A stretch of 64,000 nucleotides of DNA from Clostridia bacterium (GTDB lineage: Bacteria > Bacillota > Clostridia > Oscillospirales > Acutalibacteraceae), in contig JAFQRA010000034.1 of NCBI GenBank assembly GCA_017410325.1, positions 64,188 through 128,187 of the forward strand, in the 5' to 3' direction. This document shows positions 51,983-61,589 of this stretch, one piece after another (within the stretch, counting starts at the first letter, position 1; every line of letters starts with the position of its first letter). The notes beneath the pieces were generated by a model, which worked only from the letters and a program-made list of their open reading frames with translations, did not search any database and was not told the DNA's origin. The translations under genes and the position numbers were made by a program.

Positions 51983-53245
51983 ATGAACATAGCATCGTTT
52001 TTCATGTCGGTCCTCATTGCTTACGGAACGCTTGTTTCATTTGTCGTTCATCCGCAGGCACCCGAGGATACGGGCGAATTTACTCCCGTTGTGCGCTTTT
52101 TGATTACAAGTGACTCCCATATCACCACCATCGGCGACGTGCAGACGACACGCCTTGAAAAAATGATAAAGATGGGCAACAAAATTGCCGCCAAGGACGC
52201 GGAATACAACAAGCTTGATGCAGTGCTTATCGCAGGTGATGTAACCGATATGGGCACAACGATTGCCTTCGGCAGCATCAAAGCCGCCGTAAAGCCCGTG
52301 CTTAAAAAGGACACGCAGTTCCTTGCCACGATTTCCACCTCTCACGATGACCGCAACCTCGGCAAAGCCTCGCTTGAGCTTTACAGTAACATAATGGGTC
52401 AGGAAACCGACTTCCACCGCGTAATAAACGGCTTCCACTTCATCGGTGTTTCCGCTTCGCTTACTGAGGGCGAGCACTACAGCGAGTATCAGAAGCAGTG
52501 GCTTGTTCAGCAGCTTGATGCCGCTGTTGCTGACGACCCGACAAAGCCGATTTTCGTTCTTCAGCACGAGCATATTCAGAACACCGTTTACGGCAGCTCG
52601 GATTTCGAGGGCTGGGGTATGCCCGACTTTGCCGAAATTCTCAAGAATTATCCGCAGGTTGTCGATTTTTCGGGCCACTCACATTACCCGATTAACGACC
52701 CCCGCTCAATCTGGCAGGGCGAATACACCGCAGTCGGCACGGGCGGCCTGTATTACACCGAGCTTACGGTTGACGACGTAAAAACCGTTCACCCCAAGGG
52801 CTACCGCTTTGTTTCCACCTTCTGGGTCGTTGAGGTTGACGCAAACAACCGCATCCGCCTGAGAGCTGTTGACCTTCTTTCGCAGGAATATCTTTGCGAA
52901 TACACGCTTGAAGGGCCGCTTGACAGAAGCTACACGCCCGACAGCAGAATTGCCTCTGCCAAAGCACCCGTGTTTGCCGAGGGAACGAAGCTTAACAACA
53001 TCAACGGCAAGCTGAAGTTTGCCGCCGCTGAGAGTGCAGACGGTATGCCGATATTCATTTACCGTGCCTTTGCCGTAGACAGTCAGGGCAACAGAACACC
53101 CGTGGGCAAAACCGTGGCACAGTATTACAGGTACAAAGTACCGGAAAACGTTACCATAAAGCTTGAAAATCTGCCCGAGGGCGAATACACGCTTGAGGTC
53201 GTTGCGGAAAACTGCTACGGTATGCAGTCTGCACCGCTTAAATAA
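51983..53245 (+). CDS. metallophosphoesterase
   Basis: 420 aa. ITSDSH, AGDVTDMG, QHEH and GHSHYP motifs, with an N-terminal hydrophobic segment. Confidence 0.75.
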   Translation: MNIASFFMSVLIAYGTLVSFVVHPQAPEDTGEFTPVVRFLITSDSHITTIGDVQTTRLEKMIKMGNKIAAKDAEYNKLDAVLIAGDVTDMGTTIAFGSIKAAVKPVLKKDTQFLATISTSHDDRNLGKASLELYSNIMGQETDFHRVINGFHFIGVSASLTEGEHYSEYQKQWLVQQLDAAVADDPTKPIFVLQHEHIQNTVYGSSDFEGWGMPDFAEILKNYPQVVDFSGHSHYPINDPRSIWQGEYTAVGTGGLYYTELTVDDVKTVHPKGYRFVSTFWVVEVDANNRIRLRAVDLLSQEYLCEYTLEGPLDRSYTPDSRIASAKAPVFAEGTKLNNINGKLKFAAAESADGMPIFIYRAFAVDSQGNRTPVGKTVAQYYRYKVPENVTIKLENLPEGEYTLEVVAENCYGMQSAPLK

Positions 53246-53281
53246 TCCGTATATAATTTTTTCACATAAGGAGAAATTAAT

Positions 53282-54142
53282 ATGTCAGCAATTTTTGCAA
53301 AGATTACCGCTTTTATCTGTTCAATCATTATTTCAGTCTGTGTGTGGCTTGATATTCCCATGTACCCCATGGGAGAGAAGCTGGATATGGACAAATTCGT
53401 TATCCAATTTGAAGACGAGTTTGAAGGTGAGCTTGACCGCACCGTATGGTCGGGTCACTACCAGTGGGGCTCAACAACCGAGCCCAGAAGAGGCTGTTAC
53501 TGGAACAAGTACCTTGCCTATACGGAAAACGGCAACCTTGTAATTCCCGTAACCTACCTTGAAGAGGGCATGGGCGGCAAAGGTGCAGGCTGGTATACAG
53601 CGGGTATCGATACCGATTCCGATTCTCCCAACGGCTTCAGCCAGAAATTCGGCTACTTTGAGTGCCGCTGTATTCTGCCCAAGGGTGCTGATATCTGGAG
53701 TGCCTTCTGGCTTATGAACGACGGTGTTTATAACGAGGACGGCAACGGCAGAGACGGCACGGAAATCGACGTTTACGAAAGCCTCTGCGGTGGCGATTTC
53801 TTGCCCAACGCAGTTTCAAGCAACCTGCATTACGACGGCTACAACGACGCACACGAGGCTATGGGCGACGTGAAAATCCTGCTTAAAAACAACCCCTATG
53901 AGGAATTCAATACCTACGGCCTTGAGTGGAACGAAAACGAGTATATCTTCTATATCAACGGTGTTGAAACCTTCCGTACCGATTTCGGCGGCGTAAGTCA
54001 GAACGAGGAATACGTAATTCTTTCCGTAGAAATGAAGGGCGAAAACGGTATCCCCTCCGAGCGTGAGAACGCCCCTGCAGAAGACGCTGAATTTATCGTT
54101 GACTACGTAAAGGTTTATCAGTATAAGGAACTGGCAGGTTAA
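53282..54142 (+). CDS. GH16 family beta-glucanase
   Basis: 286 aa. Catalytic EIDVYE motif, WSAFWLM, and an N-terminal membrane/signal anchor. Confidence 0.85.
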   Translation: MSAIFAKITAFICSIIISVCVWLDIPMYPMGEKLDMDKFVIQFEDEFEGELDRTVWSGHYQWGSTTEPRRGCYWNKYLAYTENGNLVIPVTYLEEGMGGKGAGWYTAGIDTDSDSPNGFSQKFGYFECRCILPKGADIWSAFWLMNDGVYNEDGNGRDGTEIDVYESLCGGDFLPNAVSSNLHYDGYNDAHEAMGDVKILLKNNPYEEFNTYGLEWNENEYIFYINGVETFRTDFGGVSQNEEYVILSVEMKGENGIPSERENAPAEDAEFIVDYVKVYQYKELAG

Positions 54143-54201
54143 TTACGTATTGCTATTTGTCGGAAAATGCGTTATAATGTTCATGAAAGGTGGTATAAAC
54201 T

Positions 54202-54432
54202 ATGAAAAAATTATACAGAAGCGAAACGGATAAAAAGCTTTTCGGTGTCCTTGGCGGAATTGCCAAGTATTTTGATATTGATGCGACGGTTTTGCGTGTT
54301 ATATACGTTCTTCTGTCGTTCTTCGTGCTTGGCTGCCCCGTGATTATATACCTCGTCGCGGCGCTGATTATCCCGAAGGAGCCTCAGGCCCCGCAGGACG
54401 GACAGAACAACTACTATAACAGCGCAGAATAA
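54202..54432 (+). CDS. PspC domain protein
   Basis: 76 aa. KLYRSETDKKLFGVLGGIAKYFDIDATVLRVIYVLL is a PspC-domain signature. Confidence 0.85.
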   Translation: MKKLYRSETDKKLFGVLGGIAKYFDIDATVLRVIYVLLSFFVLGCPVIIYLVAALIIPKEPQAPQDGQNNYYNSAE

Positions 54433-54463
54433 AAGACTGATACCAAAAATCTGTTCAGCACGT

Positions 54464-54505
54464 AATGAATAATGAATGATGAATAATGAAAAATGAATAA
54501 TAAAA
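54464..54505. repeat. heptanucleotide tandem repeat (AATGAAT)n
   Basis: AATGAAT AATGAAT GATGAAT AATGAAA AATGAAT AATAAAA: six consecutive 7-nt units. Confidence 0.8.
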
Positions 54506-54507
54506 CG

Positions 54508-54541
54508 AAAATCCGTCCTCGTAAGAGAACGGATTTTTGTT
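54508..54541. terminator. bidirectional terminator (pspC / tRNA-Leu)
   Basis: AAAATCCGTCCTC-GTAA-GAGAACGGATTTT, with T-runs on both strands. Confidence 0.75.
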
Positions 54542-54628
54542 TGGTGCCGGTGGCGGGGGTCGAACCCGCACGGTATCGCTACCAACGGATTTTGAGTCCG
54601 TCACGTCTGCCAATTCCATCACACCGGC
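54542..54628 (-). tRNA. tRNA-Leu (anticodon CAA)
   Basis: On the minus strand: acceptor GCCGGTG/CACCGGC, anticodon arm ACGGA-CTCAAAA-TCCGT, a long variable arm, T loop GGTTCGA, and an encoded CCA. Confidence 0.9.
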
Positions 54629-54746
54629 TTGATTAAGTGTTATTTATTGTATAACAAAATAACAAAAAAATCAATAGCAAAGAGTAATTTATTTTGCAAA
54701 TGAAAAAGGTCTGTTTTGCGGCGAGCAAAGCAGACCTTTAAAACTT

Positions 54747-57593
54747 TTATTCTTTGTTGATAAGCGAAACGCCTGCGCCGATTGCTGTCCAGACGAGCTG
54801 GCAGATGCATATCTGCAGTGCGGAAACGTTGAACGCACCGCTGAAAACCGTGATAATCGCCATAAGCAGTAAGCCTGCCGCCGTGCAGAAGGTTTGCTGT
54901 GTGGTGACAATGCCTGCCGAAGCGCAAAGCGAGCTTGCCTTGCTTACGCAGTGCAGGAAGGCGGCGGCGCTTCCGTTGTGGAGAAGCTTTGCATCCGATT
55001 TAGGTGCAACGGAATCGGCGTAGCTTTTGAGCACGTCTCCTGCAGGGGTGCTGACAATCTTTACGGAGTTGAGGGGCAGTCCGAAGGTGTTTGCCACGAA
55101 TTCTTCGGTTATGTTGGAGTCGGTTGTACGGATGAGTATGTTAATGCCGTTGTTTTCGATTTTTCTCAGGTGCTCGGCAATTCTCGGCTCGGAGCCGTAG
55201 CTGACAACGAAAATTGCGGCGATTTTGCCTGCGTCGGCAAGGTAGACAACTCTTCTGCCGTCGTGGCGGTATTTTGCCTCATCCACGCTCATCGGAATTT
55301 CAATGTTGTGGTTTTCAAGCAGCTTTCTGTTGCCGACGAAAACACGTCTGCCTCTTACCCAGCCCGAAAGTCCGAGCCTGTCCTCGTAAACCAGGTCTTC
55401 AACGTTCATCAGCAGTTCTTTTCTGCCCATAACAACCTCGTTGAAAAGGCTGCTTATCGGGCCTCCCGCATCAATGAGCATTGATGCGGCTGTGAGTATT
55501 GCATCGTCAATTCTCACGCCGTAGAAGGTCTTCATACCGTGTATGTTACAGCTGCTGCCGGGGAATATGTCTGCCGCATCAACCGCAACGGCGTTTGTGG
55601 ATTCGTATTCAAATGCACCTGCGTAGCCCGTGATTATACCGCCGTCCTCACGCAGGGCTTTGTTTGCCTTTGAAAGGGGAAGATTGGCCGCAAGCACGGC
55701 AGAGGCGGGTGCGCCCATACACATTGCGCCTGCAAAAATGCTCACACCGCAAAGCACGCTTTTTGAAGCAATACCTGCGATAAGGCCGATTACTACGCTT
55801 GCCGCCGCAGTGAGTGGCACGAGCTTTATGCAAAGGTCGTCTGCCGCATCGCTTGCAAGCGAGTAAGCAAGGAAGTTGGTTGCGAATTTTGTTCTTGCGC
55901 TGTAGCGTATGTCCGCGTCGCCCATAACGACGTTTCTGCCGATTCTGTTGGCATCGGCAATGTTGTCGATTGTGCGCACGGTGTAAAGACCGTCCTTGCT
56001 TCGGGAAGAAAGGAAAGCGAAATTCTTTTCGACCCTGCTGTATGCAAGCAGACTGCCTGCCGCACCGATACAAAGCACAAGTGCCGCTGCAGGAGCAAAA
56101 ACGGGCATTTCGCCGTGAAGGTCGAAAATTATCAGCAGAAGCGACTGAATAAGAGTGACCGCAGCCGCTATAAAGATGGGTGTGCGTGCGTTGGGCTTGC
56201 CCGAGCCGTTGAAGAAGCAGGTGATACCCGATGACCACTGGGGAAGCGTTGCGGAGAATGCAACGGTCAGAAGCGCGAGTGAAATAACGGCAACCGTGCT
56301 CACGGAGGGGGACGCCTCGTTAATTTTTTCGGAAAGCCCCGGGACAGCCGTCATTATAAGCAACGCAAGAGCGCATACACCGCTTATAACCGTGCCGATA
56401 AGGGCTGTTAATCTCTTCTTTGAAACAAAGTCACTGATTTTTGCTTTGTCGGAGGGCTTGCGGTATTCAACGCCCTGTCTGTTGAGGCGTGTTCTGGTTT
56501 TTGTTGCGGAGAAGCGCTTGCGTCTTTCCTTGATTTCGCCGCCGAGCTCTTCGGCAATGTCCTCGTCAATGTGAGGCTCTTCGGGCTCTATGCCCTCAAG
56601 GCGGAAGCTATTGACCTTTTTGCTTCGGTTGCGGCGAAGCTCGTCCTCTACAACGTCCTCATCAACCTGCGCAACGGGCTCTTCGGGCTCGCCGAAGCCG
56701 GGAAGCACCATCTGGCCGTCATCGTGGTGAACGCTTTGCGGCTTGGCGGGTGCCACGATCGGAATTGCGCCCGTGCGCACAAAGGTCTTTTCGTTGTCAT
56801 CCTGCTTTTCTTTGAGCATATCGTCTGCGGAAAGAATTGCAGGTACGGCGTGAAGGTCTGCTGTCTTTTCAAAAAGGTTTTTGCCCGTAATAATGCCGGG
56901 GCGTTCAAAAATAACCGTTTTGTCGGGCAAATCCCCCACAACAACCGTCTTTTGGGTAGCTTCCTGCTCCTCTTCACGGATTTCGGGGAACATTGCGCTG
57001 ATATCGGACTCAATATCTATATTGCCGAAAATTTCAAATTTCTCAACGGGCTTTTCCGCCGTCTTTTCTTCTGCTTTTTCCTCTTTTTCTTCGGCGGGTA
57101 CGGCAGGCTCGTAAATAACTGCTTCCGGCTGTGCCGTTTCTTCCTCGTCGATTATTTCAAGCGGAGCAGGAGGCGCAGGGGGATTGTATATTAAAGTTTC
57201 GGGCTCGAAAAGCGAAACAGTTTCCTCTGCCTGCTCTTCAATAATCTCTATAGGCTGTTCGGAGAAATAAACGGGAGCTTCCTCAATCTCTTCTGCTGTT
57301 TCAACAGCTTCTTCAGCCTCTTCACCATCAACTGAAAGGAAGCCTTCGGGCTCGTAGGCTTCGACAACCTGCTCTTCCTCGGGTTCTTCGGCTGTTTCAA
57401 TATTTTCAGGCTCTTCGGTTACTTCGGTTTCTTCAATTATCTCAATAACCTCGGGCTCTTCAATAATTTCAACTGCCTCAACCGTTTCTTCCTTTACGGG
57501 TGCAGGCTGTTCTTGCTTTTCGGGCTCTTTATATCCGCTGTCGGCCCTGATTTGCGCCAGCAGCTCATCCAAAGTAAGGTTAGTCAAATCCAT
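54747..57593 (-). CDS. P1B-type ATPase homolog with degenerate catalytic motifs and a long acidic N-terminal extension
   Basis: 948 aa. The C-terminal ~600 aa are collinear with CopA-type pumps, but with CPC -> CMG, DKTGT -> DAADI, TGDN -> TTDS and GDGINDAP -> HNGSAAAF. The N-terminal ~330 aa are E/P-rich low complexity. Confidence 0.7.
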   Translation of the reverse strand: MDLTNLTLDELLAQIRADSGYKEPEKQEQPAPVKEETVEAVEIIEEPEVIEIIEETEVTEEPENIETAEEPEEEQVVEAYEPEGFLSVDGEEAEEAVETAEEIEEAPVYFSEQPIEIIEEQAEETVSLFEPETLIYNPPAPPAPLEIIDEEETAQPEAVIYEPAVPAEEKEEKAEEKTAEKPVEKFEIFGNIDIESDISAMFPEIREEEQEATQKTVVVGDLPDKTVIFERPGIITGKNLFEKTADLHAVPAILSADDMLKEKQDDNEKTFVRTGAIPIVAPAKPQSVHHDDGQMVLPGFGEPEEPVAQVDEDVVEDELRRNRSKKVNSFRLEGIEPEEPHIDEDIAEELGGEIKERRKRFSATKTRTRLNRQGVEYRKPSDKAKISDFVSKKRLTALIGTVISGVCALALLIMTAVPGLSEKINEASPSVSTVAVISLALLTVAFSATLPQWSSGITCFFNGSGKPNARTPIFIAAAVTLIQSLLLIIFDLHGEMPVFAPAAALVLCIGAAGSLLAYSRVEKNFAFLSSRSKDGLYTVRTIDNIADANRIGRNVVMGDADIRYSARTKFATNFLAYSLASDAADDLCIKLVPLTAAASVVIGLIAGIASKSVLCGVSIFAGAMCMGAPASAVLAANLPLSKANKALREDGGIITGYAGAFEYESTNAVAVDAADIFPGSSCNIHGMKTFYGVRIDDAILTAASMLIDAGGPISSLFNEVVMGRKELLMNVEDLVYEDRLGLSGWVRGRRVFVGNRKLLENHNIEIPMSVDEAKYRHDGRRVVYLADAGKIAAIFVVSYGSEPRIAEHLRKIENNGINILIRTTDSNITEEFVANTFGLPLNSVKIVSTPAGDVLKSYADSVAPKSDAKLLHNGSAAAFLHCVSKASSLCASAGIVTTQQTFCTAAGLLLMAIITVFSGAFNVSALQICICQLVWTAIGAGVSLINKE

Positions 57594-57616
57594 TGCTTAA
57601 ATCCTCTTACAAAAAC

Positions 57617-58354
57617 TTATCTCTGTCTGGAAACCTCAAACATCAGTATTCCTGCGGCAACCGATGCGTTGAGGGAGTTTACTCTGCCCTTCATCGGAAG
57701 CGAAACAATAAAGTCACATTTTTCTTTTACAAGTCTGCCCAGGCCCTTGCCCTCCGAGCCGATAACCAGGGCAACGCCGCCCGTAAAATCGGTTTCGCAC
57801 CAGCTTTGACCGTCCATATCCGCGCCGTAAATCCACACGCCTCTTTCCTTTAATTCGTCAAGCAGAGAGGGGAGGTTGGGCACCCTTGCAACGGGCACGT
57901 ACTCAACGGCACCCGCCGAGGTCTTTCCGACAACATAGCTTAAGCTAGCGTTGCGGCGCTTGGGAATAATTACACCGTGTGCACCTGCGGCATCCGCGCT
58001 TCGGATGATGGCACCGAGGTTATGCGGGTCTTCAACCTCGTCGCACACGATGATAAACGGCTTTTCGCCTTTAGCTTGGGCCGCGGCGAAAATATCGTCA
58101 ACGTCGGCGTATTCGTGTGCCGCCGCATAAGCCGCAACGCCCTGATGGCTGCTGCCGCCGCACATAAAGTCGAGCTTCTTGCGGTCAACCTCTTTTACGA
58201 CTATGCCCTTTTCACGGCATTCGCCGATGATTTTGCCCATACTTCCGCTTCTGTCACCCTTTGCAACAAGAAGCGTATCTATTGCACGCTCGCTTCGGAG
58301 TGCTTCCGAAACGGCGTTTCTGCCGATTATAAGGTCGTTTTTCTTTTCTTCCAT
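57617..58354 (-). CDS. rlmB: 23S rRNA (guanosine-2'-O)-methyltransferase RlmB (SpoU/TrmH family)
   Basis: 245 aa. An N-terminal SpoU_sub_bind-like region precedes SpoU motifs (DPHNLGAIIRSADAAG, LVIGSEGKGL, SLNASVAAGI). Confidence 0.88.
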   Translation of the reverse strand: MEEKKNDLIIGRNAVSEALRSERAIDTLLVAKGDRSGSMGKIIGECREKGIVVKEVDRKKLDFMCGGSSHQGVAAYAAAHEYADVDDIFAAAQAKGEKPFIIVCDEVEDPHNLGAIIRSADAAGAHGVIIPKRRNASLSYVVGKTSAGAVEYVPVARVPNLPSLLDELKERGVWIYGADMDGQSWCETDFTGGVALVIGSEGKGLGRLVKEKCDFIVSLPMKGRVNSLNASVAAGILMFEVSRQR

Positions 58355-58565
58355 AACGAAAAACCTCTTAAACTAATTAATATCGATTTATTATACCATA
58401 TATATTGTAAAAAACCAACGGTTTTTCAAAAAAAGACACAAGATAATGACATTTTTTTCTTGGAGGCGGATGTAGTATTTGTTTTGTGTAAGATGCTTTT
58501 GTAATTGCAGTTTATTAAGTGCATTCTGCGTTCGGCTAAAACACATTACAGAAAGGACAAGCTAT

Positions 58566-60617
58566 ATGAACAAGCGACTCAGGCTGAAATCCGCTCTTGT
58601 GCCTGCGGATATACACGTCTTTATAAAGCAGGTCTCAGCCCTTGCGGCAGGACTTATTCTTTCGGCGGCACGGCTCTTCGGCGGTGCGTCACCCTTTGCT
58701 GCTGCTCTTGCCGCCGCTTGTCCGAACAGCGTGAGCTTTACCGTGCTTGCAGGCTGTGTTTCGGGCTATCTTTTACAGTATGACGGTGCGTGGACGGCAA
58801 GAATGTTAGCTGCCGTAATCGGTGCGGGAACGATAAATTTAATCACGCGAAAAAGCAGATTTATTAAACACACCGCCCGTGTTGCCCCCGTAAACGCGGC
58901 TGTGTGTATGCTTCTCACGGGGCTTACCGTACTGCTTGCGCAGGGCTTTGATATAAACGGACTCGTGCTTTACATAAGTGAAAGCGTTGTTGCCGCGGGT
59001 ACGGCCGCAATGCTTGAAACAGCCTTTACCGCAGTGCCGCTTTTCAGCCGCAAGGAGCCCTTGCCGCAAAAGCAGCTGGTCAGCGTTACGGTTTCACTCT
59101 GCATTGTTTTGATGTCGCTTGAAAAAATACAGCTTGAGGGGATATCTCTTGCCCGTGCGGCTGCGGTTTTTGCCGTGCTTTGCGCTTCGAAATGGCTCGG
59201 CGCAACGGGCGGCTGTGTGTGCGGCGGTGCAATGGGCTTTGCAATGAGTATAGGCAGCAGTCTGCCTTTCCTCGGCGGTGCATATACCTTCGGCGGACTT
59301 GTTTCGGGGCTTTTTGCGCCTGCGGGCAGGTTTATGCAGGCCTTTGCCTATGCGGTTTGCAGTGCAATTACCGTGCTGATGAATACGGGCACTGCTGACC
59401 TTATGCCTCCGCTTTATGAAACGGCAATAGCTACGGTGGCCTTCGTGCTCATACCCGAAAAGTTTTTTACGGCCGCTTCGGTTTATTTTGCGGGCAGACA
59501 GACTCTTCCCGAATTTGAAACAATGAAAAAAGCTATGCTTCTGAGGCTCGGAAGCGTTAAATCGGGGCTTGAAGAGGTGTCCGATGCGCTTGAGCAGATT
59601 GCGCGGAATATGGTGCGGCTTGACAAAAGCGGCGAAAACCCGTTGAGTGAGGAAATCAAACAGCTCGTGCGTGACCAGTTTTCAACGCTTGCGCTTGCGG
59701 TGGGGGATATATCCGACCGCTTCTGCGGCGAAACACGCTTTGACACGGTTACCGCCTCAAAAATAGCCTTCGTGCTTGAAAGCTACGGCATAAAGCCCAT
59801 TGAAATTATTTGCAGTGAAACGTCGGGAATATCACGTATTGAGATAAGTGCACAAAGGCTTAAAGGAAAATTCAGCCGCAGTGCACTGATGAGCGATATG
59901 GAAAATGCCTGCGGCTACAAGCTGAGCAACCCTACGGTAAGAGAGGAGGGGGACGAAACGATGCTGACTTTTGTAAAAAAACCGAAAATGAATATTCTGG
60001 TCGGCAAGGCGCAGTTTTCTGCCGATGAGAGCGCAATGTGCGGCGATACCTGTGACTGCTTTGCCGATAAAGACTCAAATCAGATTATAGTTATCAGTGA
60101 CGGTATGGGCACGGGCCCGCGTGCGGCGGTTGACGGAGCGGTGGCGGCGTGGCTGTTTGCAAAGCTGCTTGCGGCGGGCTTGAATTTTGACAGCTCACTG
60201 AGGCTTGCAAATTCCGCACTCATAGTAAAATCGCATGAGGAAACCGTGGCGACAATTGATGCCGCAAAAATAAACCTGCACACGGGTGAGGCACAGCTTT
60301 TCAAGGCGGGTGCGGGAGTGAGCCTTGTGTGCAGAGGGCGCAAGGTTTACCAATACGGAAAGCCGTCAATGCCGCTGGGAATACTGCGTGAAATTGAATT
60401 CGACAAGGAAACGGTTAATCTTTCAAAGGGTGATATACTGCTTATGATGAGTGACGGAGTCAGCTCTGCGTGCTACGGTCTGATTGCCGAAGAGCTTCGC
60501 AAATCCAACAGAAAAGACCCCTCCGCCTTGGCAGAAAGGGTCGTTGAAATTGCTAAAAATTCGTGCTCGGGCAGACATCCTGACGATATTACCGCCGTTG
60601 CCGTTATTGTTTCGTGA
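58566..60617 (+). CDS. spoIIE: stage II sporulation protein E (PP2C phosphatase)
   Basis: A multi-TM N-terminal half precedes a PP2C C-terminus (CGDTCD...ISDGMGTGPRAA...LLMMSDGV...DDITAVAVIV). I place the start at the ATG (MNKRLRL). Confidence 0.9.
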   Translation: MNKRLRLKSALVPADIHVFIKQVSALAAGLILSAARLFGGASPFAAALAAACPNSVSFTVLAGCVSGYLLQYDGAWTARMLAAVIGAGTINLITRKSRFIKHTARVAPVNAAVCMLLTGLTVLLAQGFDINGLVLYISESVVAAGTAAMLETAFTAVPLFSRKEPLPQKQLVSVTVSLCIVLMSLEKIQLEGISLARAAAVFAVLCASKWLGATGGCVCGGAMGFAMSIGSSLPFLGGAYTFGGLVSGLFAPAGRFMQAFAYAVCSAITVLMNTGTADLMPPLYETAIATVAFVLIPEKFFTAASVYFAGRQTLPEFETMKKAMLLRLGSVKSGLEEVSDALEQIARNMVRLDKSGENPLSEEIKQLVRDQFSTLALAVGDISDRFCGETRFDTVTASKIAFVLESYGIKPIEIICSETSGISRIEISAQRLKGKFSRSALMSDMENACGYKLSNPTVREEGDETMLTFVKKPKMNILVGKAQFSADESAMCGDTCDCFADKDSNQIIVISDGMGTGPRAAVDGAVAAWLFAKLLAAGLNFDSSLRLANSALIVKSHEETVATIDAAKINLHTGEAQLFKAGAGVSLVCRGRKVYQYGKPSMPLGILREIEFDKETVNLSKGDILLMMSDGVSSACYGLIAEELRKSNRKDPSALAERVVEIAKNSCSGRHPDDITAVAVIVS

Positions 60618-61470
60618 TATTGTATATTGCGTTGGCAAGCAGGGCTAATTCTTCCATTGTAAAGCTCTCTGCGCGTACGGTTTCGGTGTAGCCTGCCTGA
60701 GCGATTGCGGCGTAAACGGTTTCCTTGGGCAGGGACATACCTGCGCTGATTGAGTTTGCCGCCGTCTTTCTGCGCTGGGCAAACACGGCCTTGACCATTC
60801 TGAAAAACAGCTTCTCGTCCTTTAATTCTACGGGGGGCTGTTTTCTTATGCCGAGCTTTATTACGCTGCTGTCAACCTTGGGCGCAGGCATAAACGAGCC
60901 TGCCGAAACGTCAAACGCCTTATTGGCATCGGAATAGTAGTCAACCGCAACGGTGACTGCGCCTGCCTCGCGGCTGCCTACGGGGGCGCAAAGCCGCTGT
61001 GCCGCTTCCTTCTGTACCATAACGGTCAGGTTTTCAATCGGCAGTCTGCTTTCAAGCAGGTGCATAATAACGGGTGAGGTGATGTAGTAGGGCAGGTTTG
61101 CACACACGGCAACCTTCATCCCTGCGAATTCTTCCTCTATTATCTTTTTCAAATCAACCTTGAGCACGTCGGCGTTTATGATTTTTACGTTGTCAAATTC
61201 GGAAAGCGTTTCGTCAAGCACGGGCAAAAGGCGTTCGTCAAGCTCAATTGAAACAACCTTTTTCGCCTTTTTTGCAAGCTCTGCCGTAAGCACGCCGAAG
61301 CCGGGGCCGACCTCGATAACACCCGTGTTTTCGTCAGCACCGCAGACCTGAGCCATTCTCGGGCAGACGGTGGGATTAATCAGGAAATTCTGACCCAGTG
61401 CCTTTGAAAACTTGAAGCCGTGGCGGCTGAGTAAATCCTTTACAACCGAAGCATCGGATAAATTCTGCAT
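60604..61470 (-). CDS. rsmA: 16S rRNA (adenine1518/1519-N6)-dimethyltransferase
   Basis: 288 aa. KALGQNFL and VIEVGPGFGVLT SAM-binding motifs. Confidence 0.92.
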   Translation of the reverse strand: MQNLSDASVVKDLLSRHGFKFSKALGQNFLINPTVCPRMAQVCGADENTGVIEVGPGFGVLTAELAKKAKKVVSIELDERLLPVLDETLSEFDNVKIINADVLKVDLKKIIEEEFAGMKVAVCANLPYYITSPVIMHLLESRLPIENLTVMVQKEAAQRLCAPVGSREAGAVTVAVDYYSDANKAFDVSAGSFMPAPKVDSSVIKLGIRKQPPVELKDEKLFFRMVKAVFAQRRKTAANSISAGMSLPKETVYAAIAQAGYTETVRAESFTMEELALLANAIYNITKQ

Positions 61471-61589
61471 AATGTAACCTCAATTTTGTAGAAAATAATA
61501 TTTGAAATTCTCTTTACTAAAATATAAATTAGTTATATAATATAAGCTCAATAAGAATTAATTACCATATTAAAGCGGAGGTAATATTT

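Noticed and set aside
54211-54585. 124-aa minus-strand ORF overlapping pspC, the heptamer array and tRNA-Leu
   Set aside because: It overlaps a tRNA and a repeat. The product (…FIIHFSLFIIHYSL…) is repeat translation.
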